From positions 186,001 to 250,000 of the forward strand of contig MU008206.1 in the NCBI GenBank assembly GCA_010909165.1: a stretch of 64,000 nucleotides of DNA. Direction: 5' to 3'. Of this stretch, positions 25,106 through 38,400 are shown piece after piece (position 1 is the stretch's first letter; the number at the start of each line of letters is the position of its first letter). The stretch is from Anthoceros angustus. Lineage: Eukaryota; Plantae; Anthocerotophyta. The notes under the pieces are model-generated. The model had not been told where the DNA came from and did no database searches. It was given only the letters and a program-made list of their open reading frames with translations. Both the position numbers and the translations under genes were made by a program.

Positions 25106-26572
25106 TCAAGGAACCAGTTGAAGCAAATGGAGCTCAGCGTCGAACCCAAGCCCGGTGGCTGCCTGAGGAATGAGCTCACCGTCCACCATGCCGCCGAAGA
25201 CGAGGATAGCATTCCCCGAATTAACCGCACAGGCAGCATGGAAGGAGCGTTTGGGCGCGGCTCCCCACTGCTTCAGCTTCTTCCAAAACCTTCGGCAAAG
25301 CCGGTTGGCGCCCGCCTCCGGGGACCTGCTCATGCACCCGGACGCGGAGGACTGCGGAGTGACAGCCGGATCCAGAACCCACACATCGCTTTTCCTACAT
25401 CGCCTGGCATCCTCCCCCCCGAAGATGAGAATCCTGCCCCCGAAAATGAGCGTGGCCGAGTGCCCCGCACGAGGAGCAGGGAAGTCCGGGGGCGGCCGGG
25501 CCTCGCTAGGGCTCAGCTCCACCCACGTAGGCCACTCCCCCTCCATGTCCAGCACCCACACATCGTTCATCACCTCGAACCTGACCCCCCTGCCCCCGAA
25601 CAGGATGATCCGCTTCCCGCCCACCCAGGTGAGCGAGTGCCCGGATCGCGCAGCCGGCGCAACGGGGTAACGATTTCCCGCCACTCAGGGCTCCCGGTTC
25701 TGAGATCCAGCACCCACGTATCCCCCAGGCGCACCCCGTCAGATCCTATCCCCGAACACCACCATCCTGCTCCCGTCCGCGTCCCCGTCCCCGTCCCCGG
25801 CGTGGCAGGCGGCGTGCGCCCCTGGGCGGCGGGGCCGGGACGGGCGCCCTCCAGCAGCTTCCATGCCCACCTGCCGTCCGCCCCGGCTCTGAACACCCAT
25901 GCGTCGTTGTGGCGCACGGCCTTGTCGTTGATGCCCCCGAAGGCCACCAGAGCATCCCCAACTGCGCTGCAGCTGTGGCCGAAGCGGCCGGATGGCGTGC
26001 CGCAGCCAGCCATCCTCCAGCGCACGCCGTGAGAAGGATCGTCCGGGAGGGAGGCCACCCAGGTGTCGTCCAGGTCCCGACCTGCCACATCCATGGCGGC
26101 ATGTTAGTGTATCATGTGCGCATGGAGGCCTGTGAATGGATGAGGAGAAGCTGGAAATGGGAACGGCAACGAGGTGGTGCATGGCATGGCTTACCGCCAT
26201 CGCAGCCCCCTCCGAAGACGACGAGCTGGCCGGCCACGGCGCTCATGGAGTGGGAGGCCCTAGGAGGCGGGCGAAGCTGGCCCTGGCGCACCCTGGTCCA
26301 GGACGCGGCGCCCAGGACCAGCATCTGCCTGTAGAGGCGCTTCCAGCCCAGCTTGTGTCGGCACACCGGCCAGGCCTCCACCGCCCTGCTGCCCCACTCC
26401 CGCCTGCAGATGAGCGCCCACAGCGCGTCGCTGTCCGACACCTCGCGGTGCCGCTTGCACGTCATCCCGAAGGCCAGCACGGACTGCACCGGCAGGCGCT
26501 GCAGGATGGCCAGCATCTGGTCCGTGCCCAGCACCCCGATGTTGGGCTCGTCGGCCCGCCGGACGCATTCCG

Positions 26573-26616
<44 letters not shown>

Positions 26617-26645
26617 CCGTCCCGGCTCGCCTCCGACATCCACAT
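25106..26645 (-). CDS. F-box/kelch-repeat protein (resembles the Arabidopsis At1g51550 type); apparent indel errors; start codon uncertain
   Basis: F-box LGTDQMLAILQRLPVQSVLAFGMTCKR...DALW, followed by kelch repeats PPPRASHS...VVFGGG, GRFGHSC...FGG, ARSGHSLT...LFGGRG, PRAGHSAT...IFGGED and RSFHAAC...VFGG. One intron at about 26082-26193. Confidence 0.9.
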
Positions 26646-26891
26646 GGTCACGATGACGATGTCCTTGCGCAGCCGCTTCTCGGCGCCCACCCCCGCCAGC
26701 TTGCCTTCCCACCTTCACGCCACGCCGCACAGGCCGGAATGGGGGTGGACACACCACCACCCGACCCTACGAAGCAGGAGACCCTGATCTAGTCTGGCTG
26801 CCGCGTTCAATGCCACCCTCGATCCGCTCTTGTCCACAGCCACAGGGCATTCCCCCAGAAGGGCCGAGTGTGGCATCCCCCTTGTCACTGC

Positions 26892-27988
26892 CAGGCTAGG
26901 CTAGGCTAGGCTGGTCTAGGCTAGGCTATACTATGCTATGCTATACTACACTACGCTGGGCTATGCTGGGCCGGCTATGCTAGGAGGCACAAAGTTGGCA
27001 GCTCCAGAATTGCTCCAGCCAAGCCTAGGCCTGGGCCTAGGCCTGCGAGAGGGCAAGGGGAGGAGGGGGGCATCGGCGAGCTGGAGCAGCAGCGGGAGAG
27101 TGAGCTGGACTTGGGAGGAGATAGGAGCGGGGATGACATGGAACAGGGGCAACATCCCAGCTTGGACAGGGAGTCGGAAGGGCACGCGCCCCGTGCACGG
27201 ACTAGAGTCCCAGGCCGCCTAATAACTTCGGGCAGAGGAGGAGACTCAGGCGCAGGCGCAGCACAATTCTCTTCCTAGGCATAGGGGAGGGTTCGGATTC
27301 GGATCCGGAGAGTGGCCAGAAAAAGGAGCGAGCGGCGAGCTCCTTCCCGCTGCCTGCGCCTGCAGCAGGGCAGAGCGCGGCTGGGAGGCTGTGAGAGGCT
27401 GTGGGAGGCCTTGGGGCTGGCCGGCGCCACGCGCATAGCATGGGGCCCGCGCCGATGCCGATCTCGATTTACAGATTTACAGAGTTACAGGCATCCATGA
27501 TGTGTAGACTAAACAACAATCCGGCTTCCCGTTCCACCCGGGTTATGGTTTATTTTAGCGGTGTAGAGGTTTCGCGGTTTCGCGGTTTCGCGGTTTCGCG
27601 CACGCCCGCCTGGAAGGCCTGGAGGCCTGGAAGCAGCTCGCTGCTGACGGCGGAGATGCCACCACGCCATTCCCGATTTTCTGCTCGCCGCGAACACGTA
27701 GCGTACCTTCTCTCTGACGTCGCATGTGCCTCCCTGCCGGACCCGGTATGCTGCCCTTTCACCAAATCATTATTACTATCACTCCTCCGTAATCACCTCC
27801 CCGCTTCACGCTGCCGCATTCCTGCCCGCCCCTCCATCAGCAGATATGTTATGTATGCATCCAGGATCCCTGCCGTGCCCTGCCCGGCCCTGCTCCTCGT
27901 CTTGTGCCAACTTGTCTCCTTTACCCCCCGACGCATCATCAGGCTGCAGCTGGATGACGGATGACGGATGACGGATGACGGATGACGC
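26892..27988. repeat. Microsatellite cluster upstream of the F-box gene
   Basis: (GGCTA)n near 26892-26975, (GGTTTCGC)4 near 27568-27599 and (GGATGAC)5 near 27952-27987, all seen directly. Confidence 0.85.
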
Positions 27989-29038
27989 TACCTGTGCAGT
28001 CGTGTGTATGTAATGAAATGAAACCAAGTGGCCATCACAAGACGCAAGCGATGGAGCACTAGGGATAGACCGTAAGCTAGGTCTCTTTCACGCTTCACAT
28101 GCACCAAGGCCCACCGGCCAGGCCCGGCCCGGCCTGGTGCTTTTCGATATCCCAATCGCATCCGATCTTTCGTCCGTCCCCGCTGTGCAGACACCGACTA
28201 CGCGGCCGGGCATCTTGTGGGAAGATAGTAACAGCGCCAGATTCGGAGAAATTCACCAACCATCTCTACACGCGCTCTCATTGGCTGCCGTGATCTGCCT
28301 GCGTTCGTGCTTGCAGTCGCTGCTTTGCCACAAACAGCCTGCAGCCAATGGGAGACTCCCGATCGCGCGATCGCGCAGGGCTTACTCCGCCAATCCACGA
28401 TCCTTCCTCTTGGCGGGCCGCTGCAAAGGCTCAAAGTAGCCCAGCCTAGCCGCCTAGCCTTGGATGAGGCAGCCAAAAATCTTTGCGTTACCAAGTTGCT
28501 TGCGACAAGTGCGACGGAAGGACGCGTGCAAGCAGCAGGAAGTAGGGGCCCGCCAAAGGGCACACACAAGTCCAACCCAACATGAACTGCTGGTCCTGCG
28601 GCACAAGCGTCGTGGCAGCTTCTTGGCCTCGCAGTACTCAATGCCCTCCGGTTTTGACGCTCCGGACGCGTCTGCTCCACACCCACGACAAGACAGGCGT
28701 ACCAACCATCCACAGACTTCTCATCAGGCCACCTCTCATGGAACACACGAGTATGTATGTAGTCTATCCGAGTATAATCTCCCTAAAAGTAGGCCTCGAC
28801 ACGCATTACATACGGGTGGTCAAGTTGACGGAGGCCAAGGCGCGCGGAGTGCTTCCCTGAGCCTGAGTTATCAAGCAGGATGTACCGACATCAGCTCCCT
28901 CCCAAAGCTCACTCCTGCCCCCTCCGATTCCGACACTTCATTCGTCAACTTTTGGACTGGACTCGTCCCACACATTTCAAGTGTCTGCCTCCGAAATGTG
29001 TCTGGCGCCCAGAGCCTCCTCCGAGCTACAGTGTGGCA

Positions 29039-30573
29039 TCATCTGCCCTTGGACTTCAGAGTGTCGCTGAGCCTGCAAGTCATGCGACGCCACCGTTAAC
29101 CTTGTACTGAAATAAACAAACACACCAACACAATCAACGCGCTGTGGAGCAACATCGTACCAGTCTAATCCCTCAAACAGTCCCTCCCCTTTGATGGCGG
29201 ATGTTTTGAATATGGCCCACTGCCTACTCTTTATCTTATGCAGATTCAACGCCTCAGTTACTGCCGCATCATCAAGAGCTCCCGGCAGGTCCTGTCCGAT
29301 TCAATCTCAAGTCATAAAATATCCACAATTTTCCCAGAACATAACTGAACAGTGGAGCTTCGTAGTTGCTTCTCACTGTACCTGTTTGTTGGCATATATG
29401 AGGACTACTGCATCTCTTAACTCCTCCTCCTGCATAAACCACAGAGACAAAAGGTTACTCTTGTGCTCCTCCGACCTGAACAGAGTATGCTCCAACTTAC
29501 TTCCCTTTCCACAGCCTGGTTATCACTATTACCTCCAAAATTGCATGGAACTCGTCTTTGGCTGTGCTCATGCGCTCAGTATCACTCGAGTCAATCACAT
29601 ATATGATCGCCTGCGTGTTGGGAAAGTAGCACCGCCAGTAGGGCCTACATCGTTGATGGCTTGTTAAAATAGCTCAAATTGCTCACACCCTCCAAGTCAG
29701 TGTCACATGCCAGACTCCACTTTACCTGATGCTAGTCTGACCGCCTGCAACATGGAAAATGCAACCAGAATAAGAACTCGTATTGAGGTCCCAAGAAAGC
29801 GTGAGCTCTAGAAAATAAACACAAAAACACAATGTGCACATTACCTAGATCCCACACTTGAAACTTGATGTTGTTGTACTGGACAGTCTCCACATTAAAT
29901 CCAATGGCTACAAACACAAGGCAAGACTGTTACGGCCAGAGCATCACTTATTAGCGAAAAAGGAGTGACAAGGTGACAACATCTCACTTGGAATGGTTGA
30001 AACCACCTCTCCCACTTGCAACCGGTCTGGGAAGCATGGTTAAGAATTGCACAGGGAACGAGATCATAAGCCTAGCAGTACTGCAATTCCCCTACAGCAC
30101 AGCACAGCACAGCACAGCACGAGAGAGCATCTACTTGCAGGTAGGACGACATGAAGTTTGGCACAAACTAACACATTCATTGCAGCTTGTGGTGATGTGA
30201 TCAAAGCGCGGGAGTCCCATCACTAACTCAAGATTTCAACCACAACAGCTCCAATTCACAATAATCAGTTGTAAGTAGTCCACTCATAGCATGACCTCAA
30301 TCGAACGCATCTACCGCAGCTAGTCCTTCGCTCACGTCACGACATTAGGTCACGCATAGATCAAGTGACATCACTCCACCACTCCAGCGGACAGGTCATC
30401 CAAGCAAAGCTGCAGCATGAGCTACACAGACACCAAAATGCAGTCCCGGGATCCGCGTGGCCAAGGATACAAAGTATGGTGGTCTTCCCCGCATTGTCCA
30501 GCCCTAACACAAGAATCCGTGCCTCTCTATCGCCAAACAAGGAGGCCAGCAATCTGGATATAAACACCCCCAT
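29039..30573 (-). CDS. ARL1: ADP-ribosylation factor-like GTPase 1 (multi-exon)
   Basis: Exons give [99 protein letters not shown] and [27 protein letters not shown]|[10 protein letters not shown]. Confidence 0.96.
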
Positions 30574-31180
30574 CTCGGCTCTTCCTCGATTCCCAAACTC
30601 CGAGCTCCCAACCCCGATCTACAGCATACCTCCCCGACAAACCACCTCCGCAGCTAGGAACATGCGTCCAACCTAAGGAGCTCCCGACGAGCTGATGCAG
30701 CCGAGTTCAAGCGTAGATAGGAGACCAGCCGGATCTGCGATGCACATCATGTTGAGGCAGCTGTAGCCAGACCAGGCATTCCGCAAGCTTCCACGAGAAT
30801 CCTGCTTCCGTTGTTATGGTTGACGCAGTCCGTAATCACACACTATCCGCCAAAACATCGGATCCCGACACCAGGCCCCAATTTCAAGTCCACCCTGACT
30901 CCGTTATGTAAAACGTAAATGCCTCCGTGCATAATTTCGCCTCGCAGTATCGCCCTGTCGCATTAGGGCTAATGTTCGCTTCTTTCCTCTTAGGAGCACG
31001 GATTGCACTGATTCAGAGCCAGCTCCCGGTTGATGGTTGATGGGCTTGAGGTGGGCGTTGCGGGTCGTTGCTCTCCTGAGGTCTCCATGGCTCTATAAAT
31101 GATGGCAGGGTTCTCCCGAGACGGTTGGCTCTGTCCAGGAGCACATCTGTGACCTTGTGTGAAAGTGGCCGGGGGGGACG

Positions 31181-32376
31181 ATGGAAGGAATGCCGGTGCT
31201 GCCTCAGGAGCAGTGGCAGGAGGAGTTGAGGAGCTGGAGGAAGGCCTTTGATGAGGCTCTCATTCCTCGGCAGGACAAGCTGGAAGATCTCCGCAAGACC
31301 GGTCTCTCCATCGAACTTGGTGGCCAGGGTTGGTGCTGCGGTTCAGCGATCTTTGGCCGAGACCGGGAGGAGTCTGTGTGTTCTATTGGTACTGGAACAC
31401 TCCGACGCTTGGCTTCTGAAGTAATGCTGTCGTTCTGATCAGAAAAATCCGGAAGGCTGAAGGAGAGATCGAAAGTCTTGGAGCAGGAATGGACTAACAA
31501 GGCATTAGGTGAGAGCGGGTTATCCTCGGATGTGCATTGTTTTTTGGTGGGGGGGGCCACATTTTGGTCATAGAATCGTGCCATCTGTCATCACAGCGGT
31601 TGGGAAGAAGCTTGATCAAATGGCAATTCGCGAAACGGAAGTGGCACAAGCGAACAGAGATCTGGACAAGCTCAAGGATTGGATTATCCGTCTGTCAGAG
31701 TGGAGGGACAGAAGGGAAAAATTCATTGCAGAGGACCTACAAGGTACTGAGCAGAAATTGCATGCCTGCACCTTGCTCAACTTTGTAGGTTTTTATGGTT
31801 TATCGCATCCCCTCTTGTGCTTCGACTGTCCTCACGTCTGTGACATTGCACAGCTCTCGAAGACGTGGCTGAGGTGGCCAGACAGAACAAAGCGAAAATG
31901 CAGTTGCAACGGGCTCACATTGCCTGGTATAAGGATCTATATGGAATTCGTTGTGAATATTCAGGAGGTAAGTACGGTCGATCGCTGCTCCTGATGATGT
32001 TCCCTTTTCATCGTCGGGCACCGGAGCTGACGTGCCTCAGTGTGGCCCTTGATCCTCATGTCTCTGAAGGTATAAAGGTTATCTTCACAAGAATAGATCC
32101 CTCTGAAGTGGACAGGGAGTTCAGCATCACTATTCTTCACGACGATCAGGCTGACAAGTATTCAAGTAAGGTACAACTGCCTCCGGTTTTCGCTCAGTTG
32201 GTGCTCCCTTTAGCCTGACACTTACATCTTTCCCCATCCCATTAGTGCTGGACTGCCAGCCACCTATCAAGGCAGTTGAAGAACTCCTGGACCAGCTCAA
32301 CCGAAGCAATAAGTTCTTCGAGTTTCTCAGACGCGTCCGTGTAGAGTTTCAGGCCCTTGTACTTGGTCAAGGGTGA
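31181..32376 (+). CDS. SPC25: Kinetochore NDC80-complex subunit Spc25 (multi-exon)
   Basis: Coiled-coil N-terminus, then IAWYKDLYGIRCEYSG|EGIKVIFTRIDPSEVDREFSITI...DCQPPIKAVEELLDQLNRSNKFFEFLRRVRVEFQ (RWD-like Spc25 C-terminus). Confidence 0.85.
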
Positions 32377-33408
32377 GGAGGAAGCGGCTCGCAGGGTTCA
32401 AATCTCGCGTCAATATTTGCTTAGCGCAACTGGGTCCAATACATACTGCGATCAGCACAACTGCTGCAGCCAAAGAATATGTACGTCTACAGCCAGCCAT
32501 CGAGGAGTATGACACCAGCAGATGCCAGTAATCATCGCAACAGCTTGCCGATGTTATGCACTTCGAGGCTATTCGGTGGATAAGGACTTGAAGGATTTTG
32601 CAAATGACCATCCACGCGTAAAGTTACATCCAGCCGACTGCAGTTTCCTCTCCCGCAGGTCTAGTTGGGAAGGTGGGCCTGGTGCATGCATCTACAGTAG
32701 CAGAGCATTGTGGGAAATCGTTTGAAGCATTTGCCGAGGAGCATGGAGTTGCAGTTACTTCTCTTACGGTTTACGGAATCTGAGAAGACTTATGGTGCGG
32801 AAAAGGCTAGGCATCACGGTGCTTGTGACTAGATGGAGAAACTGTCTATGCAGCATTGTAGAGTAGCAACAAGAGGGAGATTCAGCGAACTGTGATTGAA
32901 TTTTTCCACCCTTTGTATATTTGGTAATATGTACACAACTGACATTTTCGTGTTCTCTACGAGAGAAAGAGCCAACACAGATCTCTGTACAGAAAAGCAA
33001 AGCAGATAGCAACTCCTTGGGCTAAGAGGCATGGACACCAAGAATGTGACGACCCTGTTATACTGACATAGTCTGGGCCTATATAGGTACCTACAAGAAT
33101 GACAAGCTACACACTACATACACAAATGTGTCTTTCGTATAATCCAAACAAAGAATCCCCTTTCAATTGTACATACCCCCAAACTGCGGTCTGAAAGGAA
33201 ACCAGTAGGCCAAAGGATTCCCCTGAAAGTCGTCAAATAGCCTACAGTCACACTGCTAGCCACTCCCATGGGCATGGCGGGGCCAAACAGCACAAGACAC
33301 AAGGTTGAATTACACAAGCCACCGGCTCTAGATATCCGTCAGACCGAGATGCCAGGCGTGTGTAGTCTCCTCCATAGCCGAGCGGCGTGCAGACCCAATC
33401 AACATTTG

Positions 33409-34229
33409 TTACAGGTTGAAGCAGCCGATGCCACCAAGACTTGGGATCCCTCTTAAAACCTCCTCCAAGGAAGGGTACCGAGTGAGAAAGGAGGCACCGG
33501 CGTCGGATAAGTCTTCACCGCCATGTGCCACTATTAGTACAGGTGCAGCATCGTCTGCTGATAAAGAAGCTGGCCACTGATTCCCCTTGCGTGGATACGG
33601 CTTGGGATGGGCGTGGTCGGGCACCACCCTCTCAAATTCCGTAGGTTGCCAGGCCGGGCAGCCTCCGTCAAACGCCATGTACCGGAACTCCTCCGACCGC
33701 ATCCCCTTGCCTGGCAGAGCTGCAATGAAGCCGTTCTCGGAGAAGACCCACTGGTCAGGGTCAGGAATCGGAATTGCGATGCTTATGCTCATGTTCCCCG
33801 GCGTTTTGTACAGAGTCAATCCTTCCTCCAGAGCATGCACCACGGGGATCGCGGACGTGAGGGACAGAGTCGCCGCCGCAGCAGCTGCCAAAACAGCTCG
33901 GCTCACCCATCTGCCATGGCCGAACACATCACGCGCTTCCCATCAGAGAACAACACGCCTCACAGCCCCGGAATTCGTCCTGTGCCCGGCACAAATTGCA
34001 AAATTCCAAATTCAAAGCTACGCACGCCATACCTCGAAGGAGACCGAGCTGAGACATCCGCTGCAGACGACTTCCCGTCCCGTTCCGACGCCGGAAAGGG
34101 AGCCTCGGGGACAGACGGCAAGGACGGGCTCGGTACCCCCAGCCTCGAAGTACCAGTCACCCCAGCCCTTTCAGAATCAAGAGCGGCGAGCGGAGTCAGG
34201 CAAGACCGGCAAAAGCTAGTCACAGCCAT
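33409..34229 (-). CDS. Hypothetical plastid protein with a putative bipartite thylakoid-lumen targeting sequence
   Basis: A Ser/Pro-rich N-terminus (MAVTSFCRS...), a probable intron (donor AG|gtatgg near 34032), then SRAVLAAAAAATLSLTSAIPVVHA|LEEG. The splice phase is not cleanly resolved. Confidence 0.5.
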
Positions 34230-35405
34230 GCCGTGAGCTTCGATCCTGGACCAGCAGCTGCAGCACAACAGGACGCCAAGAGAAGCCGCCCGCCCGGCCG
34301 TCCTACAACATAATTTCCGTCACAGCCTCTTGCACGAAGTTCAATCGCAGAGCAGCAGGTCAATTATGGAGTCCAACACTGGCAGCCGCCCCTTTCCCTT
34401 CCTTGCGTTCCGTCCTCCGCGTGCCCGATCAACGGCGAGGGAAGCAGCACCTGCCGGCAGCGAAGGAAGAGGTGGTCAAGCAACCTACCAGGAAGGCCCG
34501 CCATGGCGTGCGCCGGTGCATGGCCGGTCACGCACACCGGCTATAGCCCGTAAAATGCCCGATATTTGGGAGGCTGTGGACCCAGGACGTCTCCAGGCCG
34601 CTGGAATGAGAAGAAGCGGCACGTGCACGACTCCGTGGTGGGAGTCGCGGCAGCCACGCTCCCTCTCGTCGTCGTCACGACAGGAGAGGCAGACGCCAAC
34701 TGCCACGCCCCCTTGCCTGTCACGCAGACGCAACTTGAACTGGCCGCTTTTCTTTGATTCCAGTGTGGGATTCTGATACAGATTCACCATGGCCGGATTC
34801 TTTCACGTCCTGGCCGCTTGTAAATTCAGTGTACCGGAGTGAGCATGTGTAGGCACACATAACGGCACAAACGGCCTCCGGGCCTTGGTTTGTTTTACTC
34901 TTCCTACCAACTCTAGTCTCAGTTTTGCGAGACGACGTGAATTCTGGCCGAAACGATTCTACAACTCCATTCCCCGAGGAACGGAAATTCATCTACTTGC
35001 TCCCACCTGTCTCGCGGCCACAACGCAGGACAGCTGCACGAGGCAAGTTTTCAGCTACAAAATGTTGACCAGTACACAACACATCGGAAAGACGTCGGTG
35101 ACATGGTGAGGCTCCCTTACATTTCCGTCGTCTGCACTGTCGGTACACCCCTGCATCCGTAGGAAGCATCATTTTCCGTCATCTGCTTACCCACCTTGGT
35201 CAAGGCGGCTGCTCGGAAGTACACCATGGTAGTAATTCTTCACTGCAACTCGTCAGCAGTATGGGTTGGATCCAGCCGCACATCATGTGGGGTGCCGGTA
35301 GCATACATCTGAGCCATGTGGAGCTGCTGCTTGCCCAACTGTTGCCCAGTGAGATAGGATGCCGTCCTGGAAAGCAGCCCCCCTGAGTCCGATTCGCCCA
35401 CCTGA

Positions 35406-38400
35406 TCAGTGCAAGCTCGAGTCTGCTACCAGACCTGAAGCCACTTGCTGGAGTAGCTCCTGCAGCTTCTTTGCGTTCAAGGGTTTGCTCACATAGTTAT
35501 CCATCCCAGCTGCAAGACACTTTTCACCATCTCCCGTCATGGCATGAGCAGTCATGGCTACAATTGGTATTCTAGACCTCGAATTCCGGCTTTTCTCTTC
35601 CTCCCTTATCCTGCTCGTGGCTTGTAAGCCGTCGAGTACGGGCATTTGTACCTTCCAAAAGCAACAAGCCGGGGTAAGGCAAGGACTACAACTGACAGCT
35701 TCACACAGACTGCATCATTCCCAGGCAGCTGGCTTACATCCATCAGAACTAGGTCGAACTCTTCCTCCGCAGCCTTTTCTACAGCTTCCTGGCCGTTGCA
35801 AGCGAGAACTGTGGTGTGGCCCCACTTCTGCAGCAGGGTCACCGCTACACGCTGATTCACAATGTTATCCTCCGCGACTAGAATATGCAGGCCCTTGCTT
35901 TTCACCTCCTTCAAGTTCCCTTTTTCATCCTGCAGCACACGTGGAGTATAATGCCATTATTGGTCAAGGGCTCTCAGATCCGGTGCTTGCAAGCAATTAA
36001 ACCGACCTACGCTTACCACTGAAGTGGCTTCTTTACCATCCCACACTCCCATAGCAGCATGCAGAGCCCGCAGTAGTAACAGTCTTTTGATTGGCTTCGA
36101 TGTATGTACCTCTATCCCTAGTTGCCTACACCTGGGGATTTTCAACAAAGCAGTCAGCCATAGGTACGCACCTACACCACTGAGGGCGTCCAAAAGACGA
36201 AACGTAGAAACTGCCACAGGAGAACATGGAAAATCAAGAACCACTAACCTGGCAGCATCTGGATGGTCGACAGATGTAATCATGACAATGGACAAAGCCT
36301 TCCCATCTAGTGACGCACTTCTCGGCCTTCTCAAGCTTGGCAGCTCCTCCAGCTTCTTCAATGAGCCGTTCCCCGGATTCCGAGTTCCTGTTCCCTGCTG
36401 TTCTGATTTGACAGTTCCAGAGTTTGACTTACTGATTTCCCTTGCTGGAACTTGACGAATTTGCTCATGCCCCTGCTCCTCCTCTGGACCATGACCTCCA
36501 GATGGATTCCTGTCTTGAACTGGGGGGGGGCCTGTACCATAGCCTGCAGAATTACCCCTATCTTGAACAGCAAGGGCCTCTGTACCATTGCCTCGGGACG
36601 TAACCCCACCTCGGACAGGAAGGTCACCTCCCTTTTGTCTCAAACAAAGAGGAAGCTCTGGATCAACATCATCCGACTCCATACTTGCTTTGCTAGCTGC
36701 GTCCTGATCTACCTGACCTACTGAAGAACCTTTCACCCGCTTACGTGAACCGAGAAGGCCAGGATTTTCATCCAGGAAATCGATGAGATCCACTGCGTCT
36801 GCGGGTCTCTGTAACCACATATCCAGCAGCAAGACTTTGAACTGCTTTCCTCCGACTAATGCAGATTGAAGAGAGATCTTTGCAGCCTCTGCACTAGCGG
36901 CGCCCACTGCTACCATGCCCCAATCCTGTGTCAAACAATGCAGGACACCACAAACGTCAGCGGAGAGTTAGACACCAATGTTGATAATTCCCAAGCAACA
37001 CTATCCCAATTCACCTGAAGCATGTCAACTAGAATATTTCGGTTGGTATCATTATCATCCACCACAAGAGCGGGAATGCCTTTCATGCCTTCAACTCTTA
37101 GCGATGAGGGGAGGTCACACGGCGGCGGTATATGAAACAATGAAGTGAAGTAAAACGTGCTGCCCTTGCCCTGGCTTTCCACCCACATCCGACCCCCCAT
37201 AGCGGCAGCTAGTTTTGAAGAAATGACGAGGCCTAAGCCCGTACCCCCGTAAAGCCTGCATTAAACACAGTGAATGACTGCATATTTGGAATATGGAGGA
37301 ACAACCGGCAGTGAGCTGCAAACGTAAAACCTTCTTATACACCAAGGCTACAATACCTAAAATAAGATGTATACCTGGTAGTGAAAGAATCCACTTGTGA
37401 GAAAGCTTGAAACAAAAGTGACTGCTTCTGCTCGGGTATACCTATCCCTGGTAGATCAGTGAGAAGTTTAGGTTCAAGCATGTAGCAGAAAAGGAAAAAA
37501 CGAGCACGCATAGCCAGCAGCAAACATTTCCAACGCTAACATACCCGTGTCTCTCACTGCAAACAGAAGTTCGACCGTATCTTCTACAGTCTTGACTAGC
37601 GAAGCAGAAACCACCACTTCACCTTCCGAGGTAAACTTTATGCTGTTTCCTGAGAAAAGTACAGGGGCAATCAGCTCCTCTTCCCCACGCAAGGGCGAGC
37701 ATAAACCACAACAACAAAAGACAAATGACATCCCAGGTAGCTAGTAGCAATACACGACGAAATTAGTAGCGCACCTATAAGATTCACAAAGACTTGAAAC
37801 AGCCTTCCTGGATCACCAATAATTTGGTCGGGAACCTTGGGATCCATCCGACAGGCAAGCTCCAGCCCCTTTTTGTGTGCACGCGCTGCCAAAACTGATA
37901 CCGCATGCTCCAACTGATCGTAGAGTGAAAATTGGATTTCCTCCATTTCCAACTTTCCTGCCTCGATCTTACTGAAGTCCAGAATATCTGTGATGATCCG
38001 CAGCAAATGCTTTGCTGAGAAACGAACCTGCAAGGTTCACATGTTCATGAAGGACGACCGATGATAGACTAAGCTTCACGAGACCATGGTTAATAGCAAG
38101 TTACAACACTAGAACGTCCACCTGGATGGACCTCTGGCACGAAGACACTCCAAACTTACCAGATCAAGATACTCCTGCTGTTCTGGCGAAGTATGAGTGT
38201 CCAGGCACAGTTCCGTGCAATTGATGATTCCATTCAGAGGCGTTCGAATCTCGTGGGACATGTTGGCAAGGAACTCGGACTTGGACCTGTCAGCTGCAAC
38301 GGCAACATTCTTGGCGTGCTCAAGTTCCACCTCGATTTTTTTCCGCTCCTCTATTTGGATCCTCAGACTTTCGTTCATCCTAGCCAGATCTCGGGTCCGC

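Noticed and set aside
21732-26792. Long plus-strand ORFs (352, 355 and 218 aa)
   Set aside because: They are antisense shadows of the GC-rich kelch exons.
27401-29099. ORFs of 180-210 aa between the F-box gene and ARL1
   Set aside because: No recognisable motifs; they overlap SSRs and the likely ARL1 3'UTR.
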